A stretch of 64,000 nucleotides of DNA from Bacteroidetes bacterium GWF2_49_14 (GTDB taxonomy: Bacteria; Bacteroidota; Bacteroidia; Bacteroidales; UBA12481): positions 40,633-104,632 of the forward strand of contig MEOR01000081.1 in NCBI GenBank assembly GCA_001769295.1, in the 5' to 3' direction. A program made the position numbers and the translations under genes. Under the pieces are notes generated by a model. It saw only the letters and a program-made list of their open reading frames with translations. It was not told the DNA's origin and did not search any database. The number at the start of each line of letters is the position of its first letter. Positions within the stretch are counted from its first letter, which is position 1. Shown piece after piece: positions 41,981 to 51,341 of the stretch.

Positions 41981-42702
41981 TTTGTAAGCCTCCGGCAGCT
42001 AAAATAGTAGTCCTCCATGGGCTCATTAATGCGGATTGTGCTGATACGCAGCTCTGTTATCAGGGTTCCATTCTTTGATTGGATAAAAAAGGGAACCGTT
42101 ATACCACCCGCCTTTCGATAATCTCCGAATGTTGATTCGGCCACATAGGGCATCTTGTTCACGAGTAGGTTAGCTTCCGTTTTAATAACCAGGTAGGACA
42201 GCGAGTCAATGAAGAAATACAGGACTTCCCCCGACTGTTTCTTGATTTGTATTTTATATGCAGAATGAAGCCCTACGGCCACTTTCCCCATTAGTGAAAT
42301 GGTGTATCCTTTTGTTCGGTAGGTATGCAGGATTCCGTCAAAATCTGCAGATTCCCGTATCTGTGCCAGTTCAGCGCCGGTCAATTGAATAGTATCCAAT
42401 GAGGAGTAGGGATTATAGCTCCACCCGATTACCCCGTCGTATGCCTGTGTAATTCTGCCATCGTCAAGATGAACATCGAATCGATATTTATTAGGCCTTT
42501 TTTGTATAATGCTTATGGGCAGTGCAGCCCCCATCTGTGTAATGGTTCCGATTGACGTGAGGGTTTTGATTTTCATCCTGTTTGAAAAACCGGTTGCATG
42601 GGCATGCTGGCTCAAAATTTCTGCAAGAGTTTGACTATAAACTGAAACAGGCAAGGACAGAAGGATCAGGAAGAGTATGAAAGAAATGTGTTTTTTATGC
42701 AT
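41977..42702 (-). CDS. Secreted protein, LolA-like / outer-membrane lipoprotein-sorting-like fold (tentative)
   Basis: 241 aa. Signal peptide MHKKHISFILFLILLSLPVSVYSQ. The pattern KIKTLTSIGTITQMGAALPISIIQKRPNKYRFDV...AYDGVIGWSYNP...FGDYRKAGGITVPF recalls LolA-like periplasmic proteins. No motif certainty. Confidence 0.4.
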   Translation of the reverse strand: MHKKHISFILFLILLSLPVSVYSQTLAEILSQHAHATGFSNRMKIKTLTSIGTITQMGAALPISIIQKRPNKYRFDVHLDDGRITQAYDGVIGWSYNPYSSLDTIQLTGAELAQIRESADFDGILHTYRTKGYTISLMGKVAVGLHSAYKIQIKKQSGEVLYFFIDSLSYLVIKTEANLLVNKMPYVAESTFGDYRKAGGITVPFFIQSKNGTLITELRISTIRINEPMEDYYFSCRRLTN

Positions 42703-42704
42703 AG

Positions 42705-43544
42705 TTAACTCTGATCCAGTGTTTTCGTGGCTCTGTAAATGGCCAAAAGATTGAATAGCAGTTTTTCGGCCTGTGACAAAGGAAGCATATTTGAACCGTC
42801 TGAGAGGGCCTGCGAAGGGTTTGGATGTGTTTCCATAAAAATACCATCAACACCGGAAGCGATACCGGCTCTTGCTATGGTTTCTATCATTTGAGGATTA
42901 CCCCCGGTTATTCCTCCGGGTTGATTGGGAGCTTGCAAACTATGAGTAATATCCAGAACCACAGGATATCCCCATGATTTCATGATGGGGATTCCGCGAA
43001 AATCAACGACCAGGTCTCCATAACCAAAAGTCGATCCCCTCTCAGTAAGAAAAATACGGGAGTTTCCCGTTTCCACAATCTTTTCCACTCCAAATCTCAT
43101 CGCCTCAGCTGAAAGAAACTGGCCTTTTTTAAGATTAACCGGTTTTCCGGTTTGTGCTGCAACCTGTATGAGTTCAGTCTGGCGGCACAAGAATGCCGGG
43201 ATTTGTAAAACATCAGCAAACCTGGCGACGAAATCTACCTCTTTTGTCTCATGCACATCTGTGAGGACCGGCAGTCCGGTATAGCGTTTAACTTCGTCCA
43301 GCAGATTCAGGGCTTCCGAATCTCCGATTCCCTTGAATGAATCAAGCCGGGTCCGGTTTGCCTTACGATAGCTTGCTTTAAAGATTAGAGGTATCTTCAA
43401 CCGGTTACAGATTTCTTTCAGTTTCTCTGCGGTCTGGAAGAGTGTTTCGCGATTTTCTACAACGCAGGGACCTGCAATGAGTAGAAAACCCGGGTCCTGA
43501 GCAGGCTGAATACCGGGAATGGTATGAATAAAGTCGTTCTTCAT
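42705..43544 (-). CDS. kdsA: 3-deoxy-8-phosphooctulonate (KDO-8-P) synthase
   Basis: 279 aa. LIAGPCVVE, FKASYRKANRTRLDSFKG, LTDVHE, IPAFLCRQT, VNLKKGQF, VLDITHS. Confidence 0.9.
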   Translation of the reverse strand: MKNDFIHTIPGIQPAQDPGFLLIAGPCVVENRETLFQTAEKLKEICNRLKIPLIFKASYRKANRTRLDSFKGIGDSEALNLLDEVKRYTGLPVLTDVHETKEVDFVARFADVLQIPAFLCRQTELIQVAAQTGKPVNLKKGQFLSAEAMRFGVEKIVETGNSRIFLTERGSTFGYGDLVVDFRGIPIMKSWGYPVVLDITHSLQAPNQPGGITGGNPQMIETIARAGIASGVDGIFMETHPNPSQALSDGSNMLPLSQAEKLLFNLLAIYRATKTLDQS

Positions 43545-43553
43545 GGTGGTAAA

Positions 43554-44846
43554 TTAGTAATTATAGCGATCACCCCACAACTTTCTCATTTTAGCGAGCA
43601 GCTCCGTCTCCCTGGGATTTTCAGCAGGGTTCCATAACCGTGTTCCCTTAATGGTTTCGGGCAGATATTCTTCATCCAGAAAACGGCCGGTAAAGTCGTG
43701 CGGATAGTTATATTTTTCCCCATATCCGAGTTCTTTCATCAGGCTTGTGGGAGCATTTCTCAAATGCAGAGGCACCGGTAAGTCGCCGGTTTTCCGCACA
43801 AGATCCTGCGCGCCTCCTATTGCCAGGTAGGTTGAGTTGCTTTTGGGGCAAGTTGCCAGGTAGACTGCAGCTTCGGACAGGATAATTCTGCTTTCGGGCC
43901 AGCCGATTTTTTTTACGGCATCAAAACAGGAATTTGCGAGCAGAAGTGCGTTCGGATTAGCCAGTCCGATATCTTCTGCTGCAAAGATCAGGAGTCTGCG
44001 GGCGATGAACTCAGGATCCTCGCCCCCTTCTATCATTCGAGCCAGCCAATATACAACTGCATTGGGGTCCGAACCTCTCAGTGATTTTATGAAGGCTGAT
44101 ATAATATCATAATGAAATTCACCATTCTTATCATAGATGGCGATGTTTTCCTGAATGATTCGGGCAACCATTTCATTTGTGACGATCAATGGTTCTGTAT
44201 CAACCGCGGATTGCACCACAATTTCCAGTACGTTAAAAAGTTTTCGGGCATCGCCGCCCGAAAATCTAAGCAAGGCTTCAGTTTCGATCAGGTCAATCTT
44301 TCTTGACTTCAGGTCGAAATCCTGTTCAAGGGCTTTTCGCAGCAGGTCCTCAAGGTGGCTGCGATCAAGACTTTTTAGAACATAAACCTGGCATCGGCTC
44401 AATAGGGGGGAGATAACCTCGAAGGAGGGGTTTTCTGTTGTGGCACCTATCAGGGTTATTATTCCTTGTTCAACTGCGGCGAGCAGTGAATCCTGTTGTG
44501 ATTTACTGAAACGGTGGATCTCGTCAATAAAAAGGATCGGCGACGGGGATCCGAAAAATCTGGTTTTCTGCGCTTTATCTATAACTTCGCGAATATCTTT
44601 TACCCCTGAGTTAATCGCACTAAGGGAAAAGAAAGGCCGGTTTAAATGGTTTGAAACGATTTTTGCAAGGGTGGTTTTACCCACGCCCGGAGGGCCCCAA
44701 AGAATAAATGAAGGGATCAAACCTGACTCAAGGGATCTTCGCAGGATAGAGTTTTCGCCAACAAGGTGCTCCTGTCCAACATATTCATCAAGAGTTTTGG
44801 GTCTCATCCTTTCCGCAAGCGGCACGTTTGTTGGCATTTTTCTCAA
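43554..44846 (-). CDS. rarA: Replication-associated recombination protein A (AAA+ ATPase)
   Basis: 430 aa. LAERMRPKTLDEYVGQEHL, WGPPGVGKTTLA (Walker A), LFIDEIHRFSKSQQD, GATTENPSFE, YDIISAFIKSLRGSDPNA. Confidence 0.9.
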   Translation of the reverse strand: MRKMPTNVPLAERMRPKTLDEYVGQEHLVGENSILRRSLESGLIPSFILWGPPGVGKTTLAKIVSNHLNRPFFSLSAINSGVKDIREVIDKAQKTRFFGSPSPILFIDEIHRFSKSQQDSLLAAVEQGIITLIGATTENPSFEVISPLLSRCQVYVLKSLDRSHLEDLLRKALEQDFDLKSRKIDLIETEALLRFSGGDARKLFNVLEIVVQSAVDTEPLIVTNEMVARIIQENIAIYDKNGEFHYDIISAFIKSLRGSDPNAVVYWLARMIEGGEDPEFIARRLLIFAAEDIGLANPNALLLANSCFDAVKKIGWPESRIILSEAAVYLATCPKSNSTYLAIGGAQDLVRKTGDLPVPLHLRNAPTSLMKELGYGEKYNYPHDFTGRFLDEEYLPETIKGTRLWNPAENPRETELLAKMRKLWGDRYNY

Positions 44847-44917
44847 TTAATATCCGTAAAAATAACTAAATTGAGGTGAAGGCGGTATCTTTGGGCAAAT
44901 TGAAAGGTCCATTCCCT

Positions 44918-45820
44918 ATGAGGATATTGCCAATTATCTGGGTTTCCGTGTCAGCACTGATTTCCATTCCGCTTTTTGGACAAAACAAATTCTATCCGCC
45001 TGATCCATATACCGACTGGGATGGAATCACGCATAAATCCAGATATCTGATTACTTCTCCGGGATATATGGGGCCGAACGCACTCCCGGTTCCTTTCTTA
45101 CATAAGGGATTGGTACCGGAGCGGGTCAACTGGAGCGGTCGCTATGAATATTACCTTGGCAAAGGGAATCAGACGCAGGACTTTCATACTGATTTTGTAG
45201 TTCCCATCAGCGACCGGGTAGGTCTGGAGTTTAGTTATGCCCCTGTTGAGTTCTTCAGCATGGATTCTGCGACCAGCAGAAACTGGAGGACTTATAGTGG
45301 GATGGCGTCGGAAGGGCAGGCTCTGGGAGATATTTATTTCGGAACGATGTTTCAGTTGGTTCGTGATCATCAGTATATTCCTGACATCACCTTTGCCATG
45401 ACCTGTCGAACTGCCAGCGGAACTGGCAGGGAATTTGCACGGCATACGGATACACCGGGTTATCATCTGGATATGTCAGTCGGGGATTCTTATGGTAAGC
45501 GGCAAGGGTTCTTCCAATTTGTCCGATGGTATGCTGAAACGGGTTTTCTGGTGTGGCAGACCTATCTCGACAATTATCCTCAGGATGATGCCTGGCTTTA
45601 CGGCTTAGGTTTGGATCTTGAGTTTCGTGATTTCTATGTGAATCAATCGTACAGGGGTTATACGGGATATATGAACAATGGGGATAAACCACAGATTTAT
45701 CAGGCTGATCTAGGCATTAGGATTGGAAGAGCTGCTCTTGTTTTTGGCTATCAGAAGGGATTCCGGGACTATCCATTCCAGTGTTTCAGGGCAGGAATAA
45801 GCCTGAACGGATTGAAATGA
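44918..45820 (+). CDS. Hypothetical outer-membrane protein
   Basis: ORF 44876..45820 (GTG). The likely start is MRILPIIWVSVSALISIPLFGQ (signal peptide) at 44918. Aromatic-rich, alternating beta pattern. No family recognised. Confidence 0.4.
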   Translation: MRILPIIWVSVSALISIPLFGQNKFYPPDPYTDWDGITHKSRYLITSPGYMGPNALPVPFLHKGLVPERVNWSGRYEYYLGKGNQTQDFHTDFVVPISDRVGLEFSYAPVEFFSMDSATSRNWRTYSGMASEGQALGDIYFGTMFQLVRDHQYIPDITFAMTCRTASGTGREFARHTDTPGYHLDMSVGDSYGKRQGFFQFVRWYAETGFLVWQTYLDNYPQDDAWLYGLGLDLEFRDFYVNQSYRGYTGYMNNGDKPQIYQADLGIRIGRAALVFGYQKGFRDYPFQCFRAGISLNGLK

Positions 45821-45837
45821 AATGAAATGAACTGAAC
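45813..45837 (+). repeat. Pentanucleotide tandem repeat (TGAAA)x3 (TGAAC)x2 spanning the stop codon
   Basis: tgaaatgaaatgaaatgaactgaac, read directly. It places TGA in all three frames. Confidence 0.8.
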
Positions 45838-45880
45838 TAAACGGGTTTGATTATTAAAACACATCTTAGATACCAGCAAA

Positions 45881-46519
45881 ATGAAACGAATTGCCATTAT
45901 TTTTTTGCTTATCGGAATCTCGACGGGCCTGTCGGCGCAGAACCTGATTAGCTTCGGACCAAAAATCGGTTGGAATTCGACCAGCCTCTCCACCGACTAT
46001 ACGGACTACATTGACGATATCAAGAGTGGCTTTCAGGGAGGGCTTTTCTTTTCGATTTATCTCAACAGGTTTTATGTCCAGCCGGAAGCCTACTTAAGTA
46101 TCAAAAAAGGTTCCCTCGATTCGTCCATTGATGATCCTTTGACGGGTGCCGGAACCCTTAACATTTCTCAGACGATGACTCTCCGAACGGTTGACTTGCC
46201 CTTGCTGCTCGGATATAAGGTACTTGACCTGAAGCTGGTGCGGCTAAGGCTTTGGGGGGGACCTGTTGCATCCTATGTGTTAAACAGGGATTATACCCTG
46301 AGTATCAACGGTGTGGATGAGACTGATAGAATCACAAAAGAAGATTTTAGAGATGCAACGTGGTCCGTCCAGGCAGGGGCAGGCATTGATGTCCTTATGT
46401 TGACCTTTGATATTGGCTATGATTTTGGTCTTGAGAATTTTATGACGATCCGTTCCCTGGATGATTTTAACCTTCGCAATAACGTTTTCTTTTGTTCATT
46501 GGGTTGGCGCATTTATTGA
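45881..46519 (+). CDS. Porin-family outer-membrane beta-barrel protein
   Basis: 212 aa. Signal peptide MKRIAIIFLLIGISTGLSAQ, G/Y/F-rich alternating strands, terminal aromatic (GWRIY). Confidence 0.6.
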   Translation: MKRIAIIFLLIGISTGLSAQNLISFGPKIGWNSTSLSTDYTDYIDDIKSGFQGGLFFSIYLNRFYVQPEAYLSIKKGSLDSSIDDPLTGAGTLNISQTMTLRTVDLPLLLGYKVLDLKLVRLRLWGGPVASYVLNRDYTLSINGVDETDRITKEDFRDATWSVQAGAGIDVLMLTFDIGYDFGLENFMTIRSLDDFNLRNNVFFCSLGWRIY

Positions 46520-46570
46520 GACAGCTCAAACCCAATCAATTGCCTGTTTATCAAATAGTGTGAAGCAGGA

Positions 46571-46601
46571 TTTGTAATGCCTGACAGTTGTATTAGTTTT
46601 A
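46571..46601 (+). promoter_or_regulatory. Candidate -33/-7 promoter for the sensor kinase gene
   Basis: TTTG 46571..46574, a 19-nt spacer, then TAGTTTTA 46594..46601 (near TAnnTTTG). This argues against the TTG 46602 start. Confidence 0.35.
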
Positions 46602-46619
46602 TTGGATATTCAGGACCCA

Positions 46620-49298
46620 ATGATACAAATACCGATTTACAGCCTGGCATTGTTTCTGGTATCGGTTATCACTTTTGGATTGGCAATCTATGCATGGACG
46701 AACCGATCGGTTCGTGGAGCAAAGGAATTCGGACTTCTTATGCTGGCCTCTACCTTTTATATTACCGGCTATGCTATGGAAATCCAGATGAATACTGTTT
46801 CCGGGGTTCTTTTCTGGTTAAAGGTCCAGTATTTGGGTATAGCCACAATTCCCGCTGCCTGCATCCTGTTAGCCGTCAGGCTGACCAACCGTGACCAGTG
46901 GCTGGCAAGCTGGTGGATTCGTTCACTCATTCTTGTACCGGCTATCATCCTCCTGTTTTATTTTACCAACTCCCTGCATCACCTGTTTTACACCGGGATA
47001 GGTGAGTTTATACAAGGTAAGAATTTTAATCTCCTGGAAATCCACAAAGGCCCAATATATTTCTTTAATCTGGGCTTTTTAAACTTCTCCCTGCTGCTGT
47101 CGTTCATACTTTTTTCATCCAATCTCCGGCTGGGTTCGGTAACCAGAGATCAGACCATTTTCATGATGGCCGGTAGCCTGGGTCCATGGATCGGCATGCT
47201 GTTTTACCAGCTCAAATTTTCAAACGGATTGGACACCGGTCCATTTGGCTTTCTGATTACGGCCCCACTTTTTGCTTGGGGAGTCTTTGCCAATCAGGTG
47301 GTGTTTTTATTACCAAAAGCACGCCATTCGGTTTATGAATCCCTTGGGGACGCGGCCATTATTATTGATCGCGAAAACCGGATGATTGATTACAACCGGA
47401 CAGCCAGTGTTTTATTGACAGGATTGGAAAGGGGATCCATAGGAAAGAAATTAGAGGAGATATTATCATCTTATCCTGATCTGCTAATCGAACTAGGGAA
47501 ATCTGATCAGCCAAACCTTCAGATCCGCTTGCGATTTGGCGAATCCAGCCGGACATTTATCCTCACCCGGTCCTCAGTTCTGTCGAAAAATCTTAAACAC
47601 GATTTGGGTTGGGTTATCGTCCTTCATGAAATTACCGATCAGGTTTTTCTGCTTGATAATTTGCGTGAAAGTGAAGAAAAGTACCGGCTTATTTTTGAAA
47701 ACACTCCGGTTGGTTTGATTCATTACGATCAAACCGGTAAAATTTTAACTTGTAATGATCGTTTTGTGGGGATTATCGGATCCAGTAAGGAGATTCTTAC
47801 TGGCCTGGATATGACCAGATTACCGGATCAGAACATTGTAGAGGCAGTTAATCAGTCGCTTGAAGGAAGATTAGGTTATTTTGAGGGTGAGTATCATTCA
47901 GTTACAGCCTTGAAAATCACTCCTGTGCGGGCATTTTTTGCACCGATTTCCGGAAAGGATGCATCAATTCTGGGCGGTGTCGGTATCGTTGAAGACTTTA
48001 CTGAAAGGTACGAAGGTGATAAGGCCCTGAGGTATCGCGATCAGTTTGAGGCAATGCTGGTGGAAGTTGCTTTGCAGTTTCTATCGACTTCGCCGGAGGA
48101 GATGGATGAAACCTTTAGGGAAGGGTTGGCGAAATTAGGACAGTTTTGCGGTGTTGACAGGTCATACATTTTTCGATTTGATTTTGATAAAAAGCTGATG
48201 ACCAATACCCATGAGTGGTGCGCACCCGGTATTACACCAGAAATTGATAATCTTCAGAATATTCCGCTTGAAGTGGCGCCGTATCTCATGACTACCATCC
48301 GGAGCTCAGGGATAGTATACATACCTGATCTGAACCTTTTGGGGCCTGAATGGGAAACCGACAGGAGAATTCTGGAGTCGCAGGGAATTAAATCGCTGAT
48401 TGTTGTTCCGATTGAAACTCATGACGAGATGCTGGGGTTTGCCGGGTTTGATTCTGTTCGCGATCTCAGGACCTGGACAAAAGATGAAATTTCCCTGCTG
48501 CACATTATCGGACGGCTGTTTGCAAGTGTCATCAAGAAAAAAGAGTTAAACGATTCCCTCATAGCTGCCAGGGACCGGGCCGAGGAGGCAAATCGCATCA
48601 AATCGCTTTTTCTTGCCAATATGAGTCATGAAATCAGGACGCCGCTTAATGGCATTCTTGGATTTGCTGAATTGTTGCAGACAGAATTTAAGGATCCAGA
48701 GGTATCGAGATATGCTGAGATCATTCTTTCGAGCGGAAACCGATTATTGCAGACGCTCAGCCAGATTCTTGATTTATCGCGAGTTGAATCGGGGAAAATG
48801 GAGCTTTTCATTGAGCGAGTAGACGTAATCCAGGCCCTTGATGAAGTCATATTTCTTTATTCTCCCGCAGCAATGAAAAAAGGCCTTTTTATCCAACGTG
48901 ATCAATTGGTTGGAGATATGCTTCTGGATCTCGATGACCAATTATTCAGGAACTCGATCGGCAACCTGATCAGTAATGCCATCAAATTCACCGATAAGGG
49001 AGGTGTCAGGATTACAACGCTTTATGAAATTATCATGGGCAGGCGTTTCGGGACTATCCGGATTGAGGATACGGGTATCGGGATTCCATTAAAATACCAG
49101 AAAACCATCTTTGAAGATTTTCGGCAGGTGAGTGAAGGATCTAAAAGGAATTATGAGGGCACCGGATTGGGATTATCACTTACGAAGAAGTTCGTTGACC
49201 TCTGCGGGGGAACTCTGGAAGTTGAGAGTGAGTCTGGATTAGGGTCAGTCTTTATTATGCGGTTTCCGGAGAAAATTGCCGGTACGGCTTCCCACTAA
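46620..49298 (+). CDS. Sensor histidine kinase with N-terminal 7TM domain, PAS and GAF domains (no receiver domain)
   Basis: ORF 46602..49298, ATG at 46620. Seven hydrophobic segments; PAS-like SEEKYRLIFENTPVGLIHYD; GAF region; HisKA FLANMSHEIRTPLNGILG; HATPase_c NLISNAIKFT...DTGIGIP...GTGLGLSL. Confidence 0.85.
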   Translation: MIQIPIYSLALFLVSVITFGLAIYAWTNRSVRGAKEFGLLMLASTFYITGYAMEIQMNTVSGVLFWLKVQYLGIATIPAACILLAVRLTNRDQWLASWWIRSLILVPAIILLFYFTNSLHHLFYTGIGEFIQGKNFNLLEIHKGPIYFFNLGFLNFSLLLSFILFSSNLRLGSVTRDQTIFMMAGSLGPWIGMLFYQLKFSNGLDTGPFGFLITAPLFAWGVFANQVVFLLPKARHSVYESLGDAAIIIDRENRMIDYNRTASVLLTGLERGSIGKKLEEILSSYPDLLIELGKSDQPNLQIRLRFGESSRTFILTRSSVLSKNLKHDLGWVIVLHEITDQVFLLDNLRESEEKYRLIFENTPVGLIHYDQTGKILTCNDRFVGIIGSSKEILTGLDMTRLPDQNIVEAVNQSLEGRLGYFEGEYHSVTALKITPVRAFFAPISGKDASILGGVGIVEDFTERYEGDKALRYRDQFEAMLVEVALQFLSTSPEEMDETFREGLAKLGQFCGVDRSYIFRFDFDKKLMTNTHEWCAPGITPEIDNLQNIPLEVAPYLMTTIRSSGIVYIPDLNLLGPEWETDRRILESQGIKSLIVVPIETHDEMLGFAGFDSVRDLRTWTKDEISLLHIIGRLFASVIKKKELNDSLIAARDRAEEANRIKSLFLANMSHEIRTPLNGILGFAELLQTEFKDPEVSRYAEIILSSGNRLLQTLSQILDLSRVESGKMELFIERVDVIQALDEVIFLYSPAAMKKGLFIQRDQLVGDMLLDLDDQLFRNSIGNLISNAIKFTDKGGVRITTLYEIIMGRRFGTIRIEDTGIGIPLKYQKTIFEDFRQVSEGSKRNYEGTGLGLSLTKKFVDLCGGTLEVESESGLGSVFIMRFPEKIAGTASH

Positions 49299-50734
49299 GC
49301 GGATCTTGCTATTCGCCTGGCCATTTTAGTAAAAATGAGTATATGCAATGGCATCAGGCCGAACCAATAGGCACGTCCTGAAATCCCGCTGGGACGGAAA
49401 GTTGCCTCCTGTCGCATTTCAAAGCCTGATGAGGATTCGTGGATACTGAATTCCAGCCAGGCTTCGCCAGGCAGTTTCATTTCGGCGAACATCAGCAGGC
49501 GTCGACCATTTTTATCTGCAATCAAAACACGCCAGAAATCCAAAGCGTCCCCCGGATGGATTTGTGTTGGATGTGTTCTTCCCCTACGAAGTCCTACTCC
49601 ACCAACCATCCGGTCCAGGATACCGCGTATTTTCCAGATCCAGTTTGCATAATACCACCCTTTGTTCCCTCCGACCGACCATATATTTTCCAGGGTTTTT
49701 TGATAATTCTCTCCAATAGGAACAACCTGCAGATTTCTGTAAGAACCAAACTTTGGCACTTCAATGAACCTTGTCATTCTTTTCGAAAGACCGGGGTCAT
49801 TAAGGGCATCCTTCCAGCTGGACAAAACCAGGTTCTGTTCTATTTTAGCGAAGGCCATCTGGATTGCCTGGTCATAGGAAATGGGTACGATCCCGAGAAT
49901 TTTTTCAAGATCCCGGTTCCGGCAGAGGAGATCCGATTTCATGCTTTCCACCAGGTTTAGAGCCAGTTTGAAAGAAGTTGTCGTAACAAAATACAGCCAA
50001 TACGAAGATAATTTAGGCGTCATTACCGGAACCGTGATGATTCTCCTTTTCAGGTTACGGTTACGGGCATAGCCAAGAATCATCTCTTTATACGTAAGAA
50101 TATCGGGGCCTCCGATATCCCAGGCCTGACCAAGTGCTTTTTCGTTATCCAGAACCCCAATCAGGTATTGAATAACATTCCGGATTGACACTGGCTGGCA
50201 TAGGTTGTTAAGCCAGGCAGGTGCAACCATGACAGGTAACTTTTCGGCAAGGTCGCGTATTATCTCAAAGGAAGCGCTGCCTGATCCCACGACAATTCCG
50301 GCCCTTAAGATGGTTGAAGGGATTATGGATTGTCTTATGATTTTTTCAACCTCCCAACGGGATCGGAGGTGAGGGGACATTTCTCCCGTTGCCGGAACAA
50401 GCCCGCTCAAATAAATCACATTCCTGGCTGATGTTTGTTCAAGGTATCCGATAAAGTTTAAGGCTATGCACTTTTCAAGATCTTCGAAATTTCGTGTTGA
50501 GCTGCTCATCGAGTGCATCAGGAAATAGGCTGCATCGATATCCTTTGGAAGCCCTTCAAGCTGGGCAGCCTTAAGAAAATCAACTCCTATTGTTGCCAAC
50601 CGGGGATGACGGTAATCTTCAAGAAATCGGTTACCTGCTCTTACACAACAGGTTACCTCATGTCCCTGTTCGAGCAAGGCAGGAAGTAACCGCCGTCCAA
50701 TATAGCCGGTTGCTCCGGTTAGAAGTATCCTCAT
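49295..50734 (-). CDS. NAD(P)-binding (SDR/NmrA-like) domain fused to a DUF2867-like C-terminal domain
   Basis: 479 aa. MRILLTGATGYIGRRLLPALLEQGHEV is a Rossmann motif. The C-terminal ~150 aa resembles DUF2867 proteins (recognised from memory only). Confidence 0.65.
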   Translation of the reverse strand: MRILLTGATGYIGRRLLPALLEQGHEVTCCVRAGNRFLEDYRHPRLATIGVDFLKAAQLEGLPKDIDAAYFLMHSMSSSTRNFEDLEKCIALNFIGYLEQTSARNVIYLSGLVPATGEMSPHLRSRWEVEKIIRQSIIPSTILRAGIVVGSGSASFEIIRDLAEKLPVMVAPAWLNNLCQPVSIRNVIQYLIGVLDNEKALGQAWDIGGPDILTYKEMILGYARNRNLKRRIITVPVMTPKLSSYWLYFVTTTSFKLALNLVESMKSDLLCRNRDLEKILGIVPISYDQAIQMAFAKIEQNLVLSSWKDALNDPGLSKRMTRFIEVPKFGSYRNLQVVPIGENYQKTLENIWSVGGNKGWYYANWIWKIRGILDRMVGGVGLRRGRTHPTQIHPGDALDFWRVLIADKNGRRLLMFAEMKLPGEAWLEFSIHESSSGFEMRQEATFRPSGISGRAYWFGLMPLHILIFTKMARRIARSA

Positions 50735-51307
50735 TTAATAATTTGACTCCTTGATCTCAAAGAAAGCTTTAGGGTGATTGCAGGCCGGGCAGTTTTCAAG
50801 TGGCTTGGTACCCTCGTGTACATATCCGCATTTTCTACATTTCCACGTCACTTTCCCCAGTCTTTCAAACACTTTGCCAGATTGAATGTTTTCATGGAGT
50901 TTTAAGAACCGCTTTTCATGTTCAGCTTCAACTTTGGCGATGAGCTTAAAAGCGGTTGCGACCTCTTTAAAGCCTTCTTCACGTGCAATCCGCTCGAATT
51001 CAGGATATAGTTCAGACCATTCTTCATTTTCTCCTTCAGCAGCAGCTTTAAGGTTTTCCAGGGTAGTTCCGATTTTTCCAGCCGGATAAACTGCTGTAAT
51101 TTCAACCGGGAATCCTTCCAGGAATTTAAAAAATCGCTTCGCATGAACTTTCTCATTATCAGCAGTTTCCTCGAAAAGTGATGCTATTTGTTCGTAACCT
51201 TCCTTACGGGCGATTTTAGCTGCAAATTCATACCGGTTGCGTGCCTGAGATTCGCCTGCAAATGCCTTCAAAAGGTTTTTTTCGGTTTGTGATCCATGTA
51301 GTTCCAT
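50735..51307 (-). CDS. rbr: Rubrerythrin
   Basis: 190 aa. Diiron four-helix motifs (ESQARNRY, EKVHAKRF, EEWSELY, EAEHEKRF) plus C-terminal rubredoxin WKCRKCGY...CPACNHP. Confidence 0.9.
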   Translation of the reverse strand: MELHGSQTEKNLLKAFAGESQARNRYEFAAKIARKEGYEQIASLFEETADNEKVHAKRFFKFLEGFPVEITAVYPAGKIGTTLENLKAAAEGENEEWSELYPEFERIAREEGFKEVATAFKLIAKVEAEHEKRFLKLHENIQSGKVFERLGKVTWKCRKCGYVHEGTKPLENCPACNHPKAFFEIKESNY

Positions 51308-51341
51308 AGGAGAAGTATTAAAAATTGTTAATAGTCAAGGC

